Virus record (IMG/VR): IMGVR_UViG_3300048578_000331
Location: 1-56,405 of that record
Source of the DNA: a virus
Lineage: Duplodnaviria; Caudoviricetes
DNA: 56,405 nt
Reading direction: 5' to 3' (one strand)
Part shown: positions 36,150 to 44,692 of the stretch, piece by piece
Numbering within the stretch: the stretch's first letter is position 1
Layout: every line of letters starts with the position of its first letter
Notes under the pieces: generated by a model
Told to the model about the DNA's origin: nothing
What the model saw: the letters and a program-made list of their open reading frames with translations, nothing else
The model's database searches: none
Program-made: the position numbers and the translations under genes

Positions 36150-37543
36150 GCCTCTTCACCCCCTCCGATTTGTGCGTGCTTTTCCTTCCAGAGCTTAAGC
36201 CCTTCCTGAAGCGACCATTCTCCCATGGCAGCACCATAGTTGAGCTGCCATCCGTCGTTGTAGTAGATTTTCGAGGCATCGGTTTCGCCCTCTTCGACGC
36301 CTGGGAGCTGCTTCTTATTGAGCAACCGGAACAGACCACGATATTTCATGGATACAGGCTTCTTTGTGAAAGCCGTTGTTACCAAAGATCGGACACGCTT
36401 ATTCGTCAGCCTTTCAGCAAGGAACTTGCTCTCCTTGCTCAATGCCGCATATAGAACCAGCTTGGCAAGGCGCTTGTACTTCGAAGGGGATACTGGGAAA
36501 TCCGAAAGCAGGTACATGGTCGGGGTGTCTATATGCTTGTCCCAGTTCGACAGGGTAGGGGAAGCAGAGAACGCATATACCCCTATCAGCTTGTCATCCA
36601 CCAGGACACCGTAAGAGGCGGTTTCAGAGCCAGGCTTGATATTAGGGTTCATGTACTGGCTGCGCAGCGCGTGGAAATTCTCACTTTTGAGGGGCATGAT
36701 CTTGATCGTATTGCCTATGTCCTCATCTGTGCCCAAGCGCTCCACAAGCAGGCTGCTCACATTTTGAGAAGGCATAATGATTCGGCTCTTATCGCTCTTG
36801 GCGTAGATGTATAGGGGAACGCCGCGGTTCGTGGTCTGCGAAATGCCGGCAAGGTATTCTTTGAATTCCGGAAGTTCATCATTGGTGCCAAACATGAAAT
36901 GATCACGCTGTGTCATCTTCCGGAACATATCCAGGATGCGGTCCTTGTTGATCATTTCGTACTGCGGCGGCTGCCACTTGATGATGGATTCGATAACCTT
37001 GAACATCTTTTCATAATCGCCGGAGAAAAACGGCGGATAACAAACGAAAGCGGAATCCGCTGGGATTTGGTCAACCAACTCGCAGACATCGCCTTCATAA
37101 AACGATGTCAGGTAAGGGGTGATCTTTTCGATCTTGCCCTTTGTCCTATCGAACAGGTCATTCCATTGATCGCTATAAGCTGCGATCATCTTTGTGTAGT
37201 AGGGGTTGGGCTTTGTCCCAAGGAAAGTGGCCATCTTGGATAGCAGCAGCACAATGGCGATAATGCTTTGATCGTCCTTCATGTAATCCTGAACAAAAGC
37301 CATGGGGCCAGCATATTCAGGATTGAACGATGCATTGAGCTTCTGTCCGGAGAAATACTCTCCAAGCAGGCATGAGTAGATGGTCACATCATTGCCGTGC
37401 AGCCTGGCCGTCGTGATGGGGCGTAATATCCTTTCGATTGTGAAGTTTCCAGAGCATCCGACATAAATGTCGCTCACATTCCAGCTTTTCACCATGGAGC
37501 CAAGAATCTGCTGCACTGTGTTTGGTATTGAGCCGTGGAACAT
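36146..37543 (-). CDS. Putative DNA-modification enzyme: divergent Dam/D12-like SAM-binding domain fused to a Mom/GNAT-like domain
   Basis: FHGSI...YVGCSGNFT...LHGNDV (motifs X-I-II), CYPPF (motif IV-like); C-terminal YGVLVDDKLIGVYAF...YLLSDF. Confidence 0.6.
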   Translation of the reverse strand: MFHGSIPNTVQQILGSMVKSWNVSDIYVGCSGNFTIERILRPITTARLHGNDVTIYSCLLGEYFSGQKLNASFNPEYAGPMAFVQDYMKDDQSIIAIVLLLSKMATFLGTKPNPYYTKMIAAYSDQWNDLFDRTKGKIEKITPYLTSFYEGDVCELVDQIPADSAFVCYPPFFSGDYEKMFKVIESIIKWQPPQYEMINKDRILDMFRKMTQRDHFMFGTNDELPEFKEYLAGISQTTNRGVPLYIYAKSDKSRIIMPSQNVSSLLVERLGTDEDIGNTIKIMPLKSENFHALRSQYMNPNIKPGSETASYGVLVDDKLIGVYAFSASPTLSNWDKHIDTPTMYLLSDFPVSPSKYKRLAKLVLYAALSKESKFLAERLTNKRVRSLVTTAFTKKPVSMKYRGLFRLLNKKQLPGVEEGETDASKIYYNDGWQLNYGAAMGEWSLQEGLKLWKEKHAQIGGGEEA

Positions 37544-37576
37544 AGCCTTTCCTTTCCGCGCTTATAAGCGTCAATG

Positions 37577-37602
37577 AAAAAGCGCACCCATCGGATGCGC
37601 TT
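37577..37602 (-). terminator. Terminator after DUF488
   Basis: AAGCGCATCC/GGGTGCGCTT stem then T-tract. Confidence 0.6.
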
Positions 37603-37627
37603 CGTTGCTGGTATGGATTGAGGGCTA

Positions 37628-38137
37628 TTACCTGTAACCCCATAGCGGGCCCGGGAACATGCTTAACTGTTCGTTTGTGGGTTTGGGTGGTTCTGTCTTA
37701 ACGGAAGCTGTAGGGTGGTTATTTGCGGCTTTTACAGGCTTTGGCGCCGGTGGTGGTGTAGGATCAGGAAGCTCCGCAATCAGTTCCTTTGTGTTCTCAT
37801 ACCACCACTGAGAGAACATCGTGCGATGACACCAATTATCTTCCTTGCGTATGTCTTCATAACACAGCAAGACGATGTCCTTGTTGAAACGCGCCTGAAG
37901 CTCTTCGAGGATCCTGCGGATTTTATAAACGCCGTAACCTTCGAGGCGCTTTCTGTATACCTTTTCGGCTTCTTCCTTGACCTCAAGGCCGTATGCGCCG
38001 TAGGGCATCAGCTCTTTGATCTCGCCGGCGAGCTTATAGCCCAAGTCCCACCGTGGGGAGCCGATTGATATTCTTACGCAAACGTAATCTCCGCTTTTGA
38101 GTGTAGGGTTCGCATACCTGCTTACATAGATGCTCAT
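37628..38137 (-). CDS. DUF488-family protein
   Basis: IYVSRY...VRISIGSPRW...IVLLCYE...WCHR. Confidence 0.8.
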   Translation of the reverse strand: MSIYVSRYANPTLKSGDYVCVRISIGSPRWDLGYKLAGEIKELMPYGAYGLEVKEEAEKVYRKRLEGYGVYKIRRILEELQARFNKDIVLLCYEDIRKEDNWCHRTMFSQWWYENTKELIAELPDPTPPPAPKPVKAANNHPTASVKTEPPKPTNEQLSMFPGPLWGYR

Positions 38138-38204
38138 CTTTGCACACTCCTTGCAGTGCCGAGGCCCGGATCATCACTTCCGAGCAGAAGAATTTCTATA
38201 CTTC

Positions 38205-38233
38205 ATTATACCCCATAACTATCTAAAAAACAA
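38205..38233 (-). promoter_or_regulatory. Putative sigma-A promoter for DUF488
   Basis: TTGTTT-17 bp-TATAAT. Confidence 0.45.
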
Positions 38234-38402
38234 TGAAAATGCTTGAAATTACAGGGGTTATAATTGATTTTGCACTCTGCTCGCAGCCTCTTTGACTGGC
38301 TGTTATTCTTTGAATGAACCTGCCTCGCTTTAGTGAAAGGCCCCGGCCTTATCCTTTGGCCGAGGTCTTTTTTTGGTGTGTCGTATCGGAGCTATGCACG
38401 TT

Positions 38403-38438
38403 AGTATTACCACATCGTAACATGCCCATGCAATGCCC
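38403..38438 (-). promoter_or_regulatory. Putative activator-dependent late promoter
   Basis: GGGCAT direct repeat 11 bp apart, then TGGTAATACT, immediately downstream of the activator gene. Confidence 0.35.
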
Positions 38439-38457
38439 TGTTTTTGCCAGAGGCGGT

Positions 38458-39054
38458 TTAGCTTATCCAATCTATACCGAAAATATAGGCAGAAAGCTTT
38501 TCGCATGCGGCGTCGACGTCCTTGTAAACAGTGCGGAGATCGATGTTTTCAGCTTCAGCTATCTCCTGTGCTGTATTGCCAGGATCAGCTAAATACAATC
38601 TGTCGATGACGCGACACCGCCTGTAGTCTTCCGGCTTTTTAGACATACCGCACCTTTGCGAGTACATGTCTAGCATCTTGTCGATGTGCTCTATGATGAG
38701 CCTTGTTCTTGCAACGCTGGATTTTATGGATGATATCTCCATCCCCCCCGCCCCGCTCTCCCTGGCGATCTCTTCCAGGACATCGTATACGTCCTCATCG
38801 CACTGGTCGATGCTATAGATGGCGCTGTCGCTGTGCGCTTTCAGCTCGCGGTAGATTCTCAGGAGGAGTTTTGTGTTATGAAGCCGCTTGTTCCTTCTTT
38901 CCTCCTTGTCCCGCAGCGCCTTTTTCCTGTATTCCTCCAAGGCCACCTTCGCTGCATGCTCAACGATGAAGGCAATGCCTTCGCGAGAAACCACTATGCC
39001 ATCTTGGTCAGTGAACAGCTGAATGCTTGTGCTTTCCTGCTCTTTCATAGCCAT
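38458..39054 (-). CDS. Late transcriptional activator (sigma region-4-like HTH, RinA/ArpU position)
   Basis: TKLLLRIYR...AQEIAEAENIDLRTVYKD; last gene before the packaging module. Confidence 0.75.
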   Translation of the reverse strand: MAMKEQESTSIQLFTDQDGIVVSREGIAFIVEHAAKVALEEYRKKALRDKEERRNKRLHNTKLLLRIYRELKAHSDSAIYSIDQCDEDVYDVLEEIARESGAGGMEISSIKSSVARTRLIIEHIDKMLDMYSQRCGMSKKPEDYRRCRVIDRLYLADPGNTAQEIAEAENIDLRTVYKDVDAACEKLSAYIFGIDWIS

Positions 39055-39200
39055 CGTCCTCCTGTGTGGATTCCCACTGATTCTCTGCCGCGGCGCTTCC
39101 TGTCATATGCAGCAAGGGCGATGTTGTTCATTCGTCTTTCCTGCATCGTTCGCATGGCATATCTGATGCCATCGACTAAGGAGCCTATGAAACCGAGCAT
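39045..39200 (-). CDS. 51-aa hypothetical protein, absent from the ORF track
   Basis: Manual translation MLGFIGSLVDG...GGRWL; fills the gap and overlaps both neighbours. Confidence 0.4.
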   Translation of the reverse strand: MLGFIGSLVDGIRYAMRTMQERRMNNIALAAYDRKRRGRESVGIHTGGRWL

Positions 39201-39559
39201 ACCGGCATCCCGCCTTTCTTTTGTAATCGGTCCAATGTCGAAAGCGGATCATCGATGATCACGATATCTGCTTTGAGCCCGCCATATGCCCGCTTTGCCT
39301 GTCTCATCAGTTCCTTTGCCTCATTCCGTTCCTTGAGGTATTGCCGGATCAGTGGCACATCCCTATTGAGGATGGACAGGTGCTCCCGCTGGCCGGGCGT
39401 GGCATAAACGGAGAGCAGGCGTGATCTTTCGCTATTCACCTTCCACGCGCGTAGAACTTCATGTTGAGATTGAGGGCATATGATGTGCCAGTGATTTGCC
39501 TTTAGCCATTCCCGGAAATCATCAAGGCTGTTTTTGTGCAGGAGAGCTTTGTTTGCCAT
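39185..39559 (-). CDS. Hypothetical protein
   Basis: RBS AAAGGAG before MANKALLH. Confidence 0.65.
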   Translation of the reverse strand: MANKALLHKNSLDDFREWLKANHWHIICPQSQHEVLRAWKVNSERSRLLSVYATPGQREHLSILNRDVPLIRQYLKERNEAKELMRQAKRAYGGLKADIVIIDDPLSTLDRLQKKGGMPVCSVS

Positions 39560-39563
39560 GGTA

Positions 39564-40073
39564 TTACTCCTTTCCGGCATTCGGCGCAGCGCTGGCACAT
39601 GCACTGCACAAATCAGGCGCTACCCAATAGCAACCGCCTGGGCATGCATGATCATCAGTACATCCGCATACCCGGCACCGGCGCTTTTCTTGCTGCGGTG
39701 AGTCTTCTTCCAGCAACTTATTGCATTCTTCGATCATTTCGCCCAGATCTTCAGAACCCAAATATTCGGTTTCCTCACCGCTGACAACCTCATATGCCAC
39801 ATTGCCGGTAAAGGTCACATCATATTCGCCCTTGATGTCCTGATGGAAAACGGTCCCTGGCGCATAAGGCAGCCTGATCAATTCCCCGCGCTCGATCTTC
39901 CCACGCAGTTCTGCAAGCTCGGCCTGCATGGCGGTGATCTCGTCGTTGGTGAGGCCGGTGTCTTCGTAGGCAGACAACCTGTTTAGCGCCTGTGCTATAG
40001 GGAAACTCTGCAAATGCGAAGCAACATAACTCGCGTCAAACTTGAAACCTTTTATGGTCAGCCTGTCCATCAA
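39564..40073 (-). CDS. Phage hypothetical protein with C-terminal Cys cluster
   Basis: RLSAYEDTGLT; CRVCGCTDDHAC..GCYWV..DLCSAC. Confidence 0.7.
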   Translation of the reverse strand: MMDRLTIKGFKFDASYVASHLQSFPIAQALNRLSAYEDTGLTNDEITAMQAELAELRGKIERGELIRLPYAPGTVFHQDIKGEYDVTFTGNVAYEVVSGEETEYLGSEDLGEMIEECNKLLEEDSPQQEKRRCRVCGCTDDHACPGGCYWVAPDLCSACASAAPNAGKE

Positions 40074-40327
40074 ATTCCCTTCCCTTCAATATCTGGCAGA
40101 TATCTTTTAATCCATTTCAGGCGGCATCTTTTGCATGCAAAATGCGGGTTTTGTAAAATCGCACCGCTTTCAATTCCCAAATCGTAGTAATTTGTGTCTT
40201 GGGCATACTTGTTGCATAACGATTTATTATCCACGAAGCAGTGATATTTTGCCGACGCCGGAATATAACCGTTTGCGGATTGAGAGGTTTCTGAAGGCGC
40301 TGGCAATTGCCATACAGGCCCATTCAT
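40070..40327 (-). CDS. Small Cys/His hypothetical protein
   Basis: KYHCF...SLC...ACKRC. Confidence 0.65.
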   Translation of the reverse strand: MNGPVWQLPAPSETSQSANGYIPASAKYHCFVDNKSLCNKYAQDTNYYDLGIESGAILQNPHFACKRCRLKWIKRYLPDIEGKGI

Positions 40328-40331
40328 AGAC

Positions 40332-41219
40332 TCACCCCTCCCTGCCTGGCTTCTGGCTTGACCATATCAGTATTTCTGTACCATCCCAGTAATGCACTGG
40401 CTTTCCATGAGATTCAGCGTATTCGATTTCGCTCCTGGTGCTTGTCCCAATATAACCACCAACATTGATAACAAGCACGGCGTCTGAAAGGTCAATCTTG
40501 CGCTTGTGCAGCTGATCAAGCATGATCTTTTCTTCCGGTGTGCATCCTGTCATGCCATCATGGGTGGACGCACCTGGGAGAAAGCTTGGCGCCAGAACAA
40601 TCACGCCCTGCATTTCAAGATCGTATTCTGCCTGGCGATAAGCGTCCATGTTCCTAAGTGGACCACAGAGACAGACGATTTCAGGCCTTATAGGATTTGC
40701 ACCGACCAGCTCAGGGCTGCTTTGTTTCCATGCATTGCATACGCCTATTTTCTCTCCGTGTTCGCCTTTATGGTGATATGAACCCTCCCATGGGCAAGAG
40801 GGCTTCCCGTTGTCCGCGCAGGTATCGCACGATTTGACTGGCGCCTGGCTGCTCTCCCATGGCATTGATTCTGATTGCCCTTTAGCAGGCTTCCGTGTCC
40901 AGCACCGCCATGTGACGCCATATACTGTAGAATAGTCGCTGTCTGGATGCGCAAAGTAGTTTATGATGCCATTTGTATCCATCCAATGCGCAGGAACGCC
41001 ACCTGTTCTCTCAATCCACAAAACCGGACATTCTTGGTAGAATTGCACTTCGCGCAGTGTCAGCACTCGGGGCCGTGTTGATTCGTATCCCGCCAGGAGG
41101 GCGCGAACAGATTCGCGGTTGAACGGGGCGCACTTCCCAATTTTGGTGCCGCACTCATCTTGTACGCTATAGGAATAAAGCTGGCCTTTTAAGTCTTTTA
41201 AGGCTTCATCTGGTGTCAT
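40332..41219 (-). CDS. Multidomain protein with C-terminal nucleoside 2-deoxyribosyltransferase-like (DUF4406-like) domain
   Basis: IVCLCG...HKRKIDLSDAVLVINVGGYIGTST.SEIEYA...GKPV. Confidence 0.7.
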   Translation of the reverse strand: MTPDEALKDLKGQLYSYSVQDECGTKIGKCAPFNRESVRALLAGYESTRPRVLTLREVQFYQECPVLWIERTGGVPAHWMDTNGIINYFAHPDSDYSTVYGVTWRCWTRKPAKGQSESMPWESSQAPVKSCDTCADNGKPSCPWEGSYHHKGEHGEKIGVCNAWKQSSPELVGANPIRPEIVCLCGPLRNMDAYRQAEYDLEMQGVIVLAPSFLPGASTHDGMTGCTPEEKIMLDQLHKRKIDLSDAVLVINVGGYIGTSTRSEIEYAESHGKPVHYWDGTEILIWSSQKPGREG

Positions 41220-41238
41220 AATCGAAGTGGCCCCCTTC

Positions 41239-41664
41239 CTAGTCTGTGTAGGCAATGTACTCGAACTCGCCGTTTCCGAAATTTGTGAACCTTCCCCCGA
41301 ACGTGCCTTTGACAACCTTTTCAACATCTTCGCGCGACATGCCAGACGGATATACTCCGTACTTTATCATCGAAAATCCTGTGTGTGATTTCGTCCGATA
41401 GTCAACTTTGGTTTTATCAAACGGCCTTGGCGCATATTCACGCATCAGTAGACCTGGGGCAACGCATACATCTTTAAATTTTGGAGGGTCATCCTCATAC
41501 CCGCAGCTTTGACATGTCAGCTTTTTGTCTGTGCAAGCAGAACAGGGCGGATTGATGTGGCATATACAATTTTTTGTTGCTGGCCAATCCATTTTACCGT
41601 GATGACAAACAGGGCATGAATCCCCTTCCTCAAGAAAGGCGTCGTTTATCATATGTTCAGTCAT
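41239..41664 (-). CDS. Cys-rich hypothetical protein
   Basis: CPVC, CICHINPPCSAC, GTFGGRF. Confidence 0.7.
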   Translation of the reverse strand: MTEHMINDAFLEEGDSCPVCHHGKMDWPATKNCICHINPPCSACTDKKLTCQSCGYEDDPPKFKDVCVAPGLLMREYAPRPFDKTKVDYRTKSHTGFSMIKYGVYPSGMSREDVEKVVKGTFGGRFTNFGNGEFEYIAYTD

Positions 41665-42029
41665 GGGGCCTCCTTGCCGCTACCGCGGCAGTCTGGGCAT
41701 GGCGTGTTGTAATCGTTAGGGTCTGATCTGCCGCCGTGGCATGTATGGCAAGGTTCAATCTTACGGCCGCATCCTGGGCAGTAATCACCATCATAGGGGT
41801 TAATCAAGTCGTTCCCACATTTATCGCAGGACAGATCTCCCAAATCAGAAACAAGAACATGGCAGAAATTATTCTCTTCCTCATCCAGGAGGCGAAGGAT
41901 TTCATCAGCAAGTTTGTCAGCTTGGTCCATATAAACCTTTTTGGGGTAATGGGTGTTATTTCGCAGGCCCATGGCTGTCTTGATATTCTCCGCCGCCGTC
42001 CTGATCGCCGCTGCCGTCTTTTCATTCAT
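41661..42029 (-). CDS. Zinc-finger hypothetical protein
   Basis: CDKC/CPGC/CHTC/CPDCRGSG. Confidence 0.65.
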   Translation of the reverse strand: MNEKTAAAIRTAAENIKTAMGLRNNTHYPKKVYMDQADKLADEILRLLDEEENNFCHVLVSDLGDLSCDKCGNDLINPYDGDYCPGCGRKIEPCHTCHGGRSDPNDYNTPCPDCRGSGKEAP

Positions 42030-42331
42030 ACCACTCTGCCTCCAATCTTTACGAGCCCGGCGCTTGCAACTGTATCAATGGCCATATCTGGCTTGCAGCC
42101 AAGGTGAACAGCCCATTTCGCAAACCATATACCGTAGGCGCAGGTCTCTTTGACTTCCTTTTTCCTTTTTGAAAGAAGGCCGTGAACTGGCTTTATCCTT
42201 CCTTCGTGGGTGTGGTCCTTCACCCAGGCAAGAGACATATCTACCATGCGGGCGGTCTGAGTAGCGCTTATTCCCTTATCCCTCAACGCCTGGGCCCGTT
42301 TGATCAAAGCCAGTCGATCTTGCTTGTTCAT
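42026..42331 (-). CDS. Hypothetical HTH-like protein
   Basis: KGISATQTARMVDMSLAWV; RBS AAGGAG. Confidence 0.55.
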   Translation of the reverse strand: MNKQDRLALIKRAQALRDKGISATQTARMVDMSLAWVKDHTHEGRIKPVHGLLSKRKKEVKETCAYGIWFAKWAVHLGCKPDMAIDTVASAGLVKIGGRVV

Positions 42332-42345
42332 TGTCGGTCGCTCCT

Positions 42346-43083
42346 TCACTTCAAATATGCCGCGAGAGCATCCTTGATCAGATAGGCTTTTCGGTCCCTC
42401 TCGCACATTTCGATAATCCGGAGTCCGAAGGCTCGCCAATCAATATTGCTTGCCTGGTGGTTGAGCTTTCCGATCTTGAACAAATCGACATAATCCTTGG
42501 TGGCATCGTAGAGCATGTAAACTTGCTCAGGATCGATCACCGGTTCGAAGGATACCCAAGTTGTGATGCCTTCTTCATGGGCGCGAAAAAGGCTGGAGAT
42601 TCTGTCCGTTGGCAATGCTGCACCTGGTTCCCAGTATTGAGAATCCTTTTCGTTGTCGCAGGTAAGAGTCGCCGCATAGGCGTGTCCAGGCTTGTATAGG
42701 TCGAAATCCCTGGATGCCTTCATACCTCCCTTGGTGAGCAATTGGAAGTTGTGCTGCCAGTCCAGGAAAATGTTCAGTACGCGCCTGGTAAGCAAATTAT
42801 CCTTATCTACCCCAGGATAGGGATCGCAGGTGAAGTTAAGTAAGACAGGGCGCGTATCTCCCGCACTCTCCATTTCGATCAAGTCCATCTCGATCAGGTC
42901 AAGGATATTTTCCTTCCGTGGGTCGTGGCGGCTGTGAAATGTTTCCTTGTCGATGTGCAGGACGCCAGGCACAAAGCAGTACCGGCATCCATTGGGGCAT
43001 CCGTTGTACAGGTTCAAAGACATGGGGCTATACTCCAGCGCTGCCCCTTTTGGCTTGTATATAATGCGGTATTTGTCCTTCAT
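42346..43083 (-). CDS. Radical SAM protein (SPL-like clade)
   Basis: GCPNGCRYCF (CxxxCxxC), DPY, LTKG, WVSFEPV. Confidence 0.85.
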   Translation of the reverse strand: MKDKYRIIYKPKGAALEYSPMSLNLYNGCPNGCRYCFVPGVLHIDKETFHSRHDPRKENILDLIEMDLIEMESAGDTRPVLLNFTCDPYPGVDKDNLLTRRVLNIFLDWQHNFQLLTKGGMKASRDFDLYKPGHAYAATLTCDNEKDSQYWEPGAALPTDRISSLFRAHEEGITTWVSFEPVIDPEQVYMLYDATKDYVDLFKIGKLNHQASNIDWRAFGLRIIEMCERDRKAYLIKDALAAYLK

Positions 43084-43086
43084 TCC

Positions 43087-43287
43087 CTATACCTTCCCGG
43101 CCCTCATGGCCTTCCATGCCCTGTGCGACCACACGGCATCTTGTTCATTAGCATCCAGTTGCATCCTGTTCTCTTTTCGGCGCTGCTGGTTGCCGGCGTC
43201 ATATGCCTTGTATGCCTCGCATTGGCTGTGGCAACCAAGTGATCGTGACTTGCAGGCGCGGCAAGGGGATTCTGAAATCTGATTCAT
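43087..43287 (-). CDS. Small Cys-rich phage protein
   Basis: PCRAC..R..GCHSQC..Y. Confidence 0.7.
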   Translation of the reverse strand: MNQISESPCRACKSRSLGCHSQCEAYKAYDAGNQQRRKENRMQLDANEQDAVWSHRAWKAMRAGKV

Positions 43288-43478
43288 TGGCTATCACCCC
43301 TTGCCGTGCTGCTTTTTTCGGCTTCATCCACAATTTGAAGGATGATCATTGCCCTTCTGCGGAAGTCCTTCGCATGAATGGGCATGGCATTATCTAGGGC
43401 TTGGCCAACTGCGGAATCATTAAGAATCCCTTGGGCAGCTACCTGGATTTCATCGATCTGCTTTTGTGTCATGATCAC
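43284..43478 (-). CDS. Hypothetical protein
   Basis: RBS AGGTG; overlaps the next gene. Confidence 0.55.
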   Translation of the reverse strand: MIMTQKQIDEIQVAAQGILNDSAVGQALDNAMPIHAKDFRRRAMIILQIVDEAEKSSTARGDSQ

Positions 43479-43489
43479 TGCACCTGCCT

Positions 43490-43756
43490 TTATTGCTTTG
43501 GTAGGAGAGATGCCAGGTTCTTGGGGCCGCCTGTTCTGTGAAGCGCTCTCACAAAAAACGTGTTCATCCGGTATTTGTGGAGAGCTTCCTTATCTTTCAG
43601 GAACAAAAAATCCATAAGGCGGTAGTATAGCCATTTTGGAACAAGGTTGTTTCCCAGGTGCTGCACTGGGCCGTTTGGCCTATTTGTTCCGTTTGCAGGA
43701 TCAGATGCGTTTTGGGACAGCTTGTTCATTTCTTCTTGGGTCATATCGGTGCTCAT
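43490..43756 (-). CDS. Hypothetical protein
   Basis: Start MSTDMT set from RBS. Confidence 0.5.
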   Translation of the reverse strand: MSTDMTQEEMNKLSQNASDPANGTNRPNGPVQHLGNNLVPKWLYYRLMDFLFLKDKEALHKYRMNTFFVRALHRTGGPKNLASLLPKQ

Positions 43757-43769
43757 GCTGTTCTCACTT

Positions 43770-43988
43770 TCAATCTTGCCGAAGGACGGCGTATTTTCCG
43801 ATCTCCCCCTGGTAGAGCAGCGACCTTGCATCAAGAATTTCCTGTGCAAAGTGAACGCTTTCCATGACATCCAGTTTAGGTATGCCCTCTGAATCTTTGT
43901 GCTTGTCGTTCATGGAAATGCTCATAACGCCCTTGGCGAGAGTGTATGTGGCGTATTCGCCTGTGACTTGGGTTGTAGAAAAAGGCAT
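43770..43988 (-). CDS. Hypothetical protein
   Basis: Abuts the ASCH stop; RBS GGAGGT. Confidence 0.55.
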   Translation of the reverse strand: MPFSTTQVTGEYATYTLAKGVMSISMNDKHKDSEGIPKLDVMESVHFAQEILDARSLLYQGEIGKYAVLRQD

Positions 43989-44480
43989 TTAGGCTACCTC
44001 CCTTTCCCAGTTCCAAAGTCCTTGGTGACCCTTACAGGGGATGGGAACCGGAAGCATCTTGACATTCGCTATCTCCCAAGCATAGCGGCCAGGGCGCCAA
44101 TCCCCGAAAAAAAGCTCATTTCCACTTATTGGCTTCCACCAGTGGTCTGGCAGGTCAATACATATGGAATCGCAAAGTCCAGCAGCTTTACCGTCAAACA
44201 TCTTCCAGCACCCGACGAGATCAGCAGTGGCAACGATGCAACCGCGCGGAAGATCCTTTATCTCTGCTTCGATTCCAGCAGCCATGAGCCTCGTGCTCAT
44301 GCGACAGTACATATCCACTCCAACATCAGATATTTTGAACTCACGCAAGGCGGCGTGTATGGCTATCGGGCCACGGTAATTTGTTGCCCAACTCCTGGTT
44401 TCGTAACGCTTATCGGTGTTGCATGCCAATAGGGTGGCCCAAGGCTGCCATACGGACAATGCCTTCATGATCTCTTGCAT
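43989..44480 (-). CDS. ASCH domain protein
   Basis: KALSVWQPWATL...KRYETRSW.T.YRGPIAIHAA...KGHQGLWNW. Confidence 0.9.
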   Translation of the reverse strand: MQEIMKALSVWQPWATLLACNTDKRYETRSWATNYRGPIAIHAALREFKISDVGVDMYCRMSTRLMAAGIEAEIKDLPRGCIVATADLVGCWKMFDGKAAGLCDSICIDLPDHWWKPISGNELFFGDWRPGRYAWEIANVKMLPVPIPCKGHQGLWNWEREVA

Positions 44481-44509
44481 TGGTGCTCCTCCTTCTCATG
44501 TGTGACCTA

Positions 44510-44623
44510 TTAGCGCCTTTTTCTTTTGTGCCTTTTGATCAGGCGACCTGAAAGAATGAACATAGCTGCCGGCATGAACAGCATGAGGAAAATGGCGCTG
44601 GCGAAAACTTTCAGTCCTTTCAT
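44510..44623 (-). CDS. 37-aa hydrophobic peptide with polybasic tail; absent from the ORF track
   Basis: MKGLKVFASAIFLMLFMPAAMFILSGRLIKRHKRKRR; RBS AAAAGGAG. Confidence 0.45.
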   Translation of the reverse strand: MKGLKVFASAIFLMLFMPAAMFILSGRLIKRHKRKRR

Positions 44624-44692
44624 AGGCTTTCTCCTTTTGAATATAGGGGTGGCGTGGCTTTCGCCACGCCGACCGGTTATTTGTTAGTCAAA

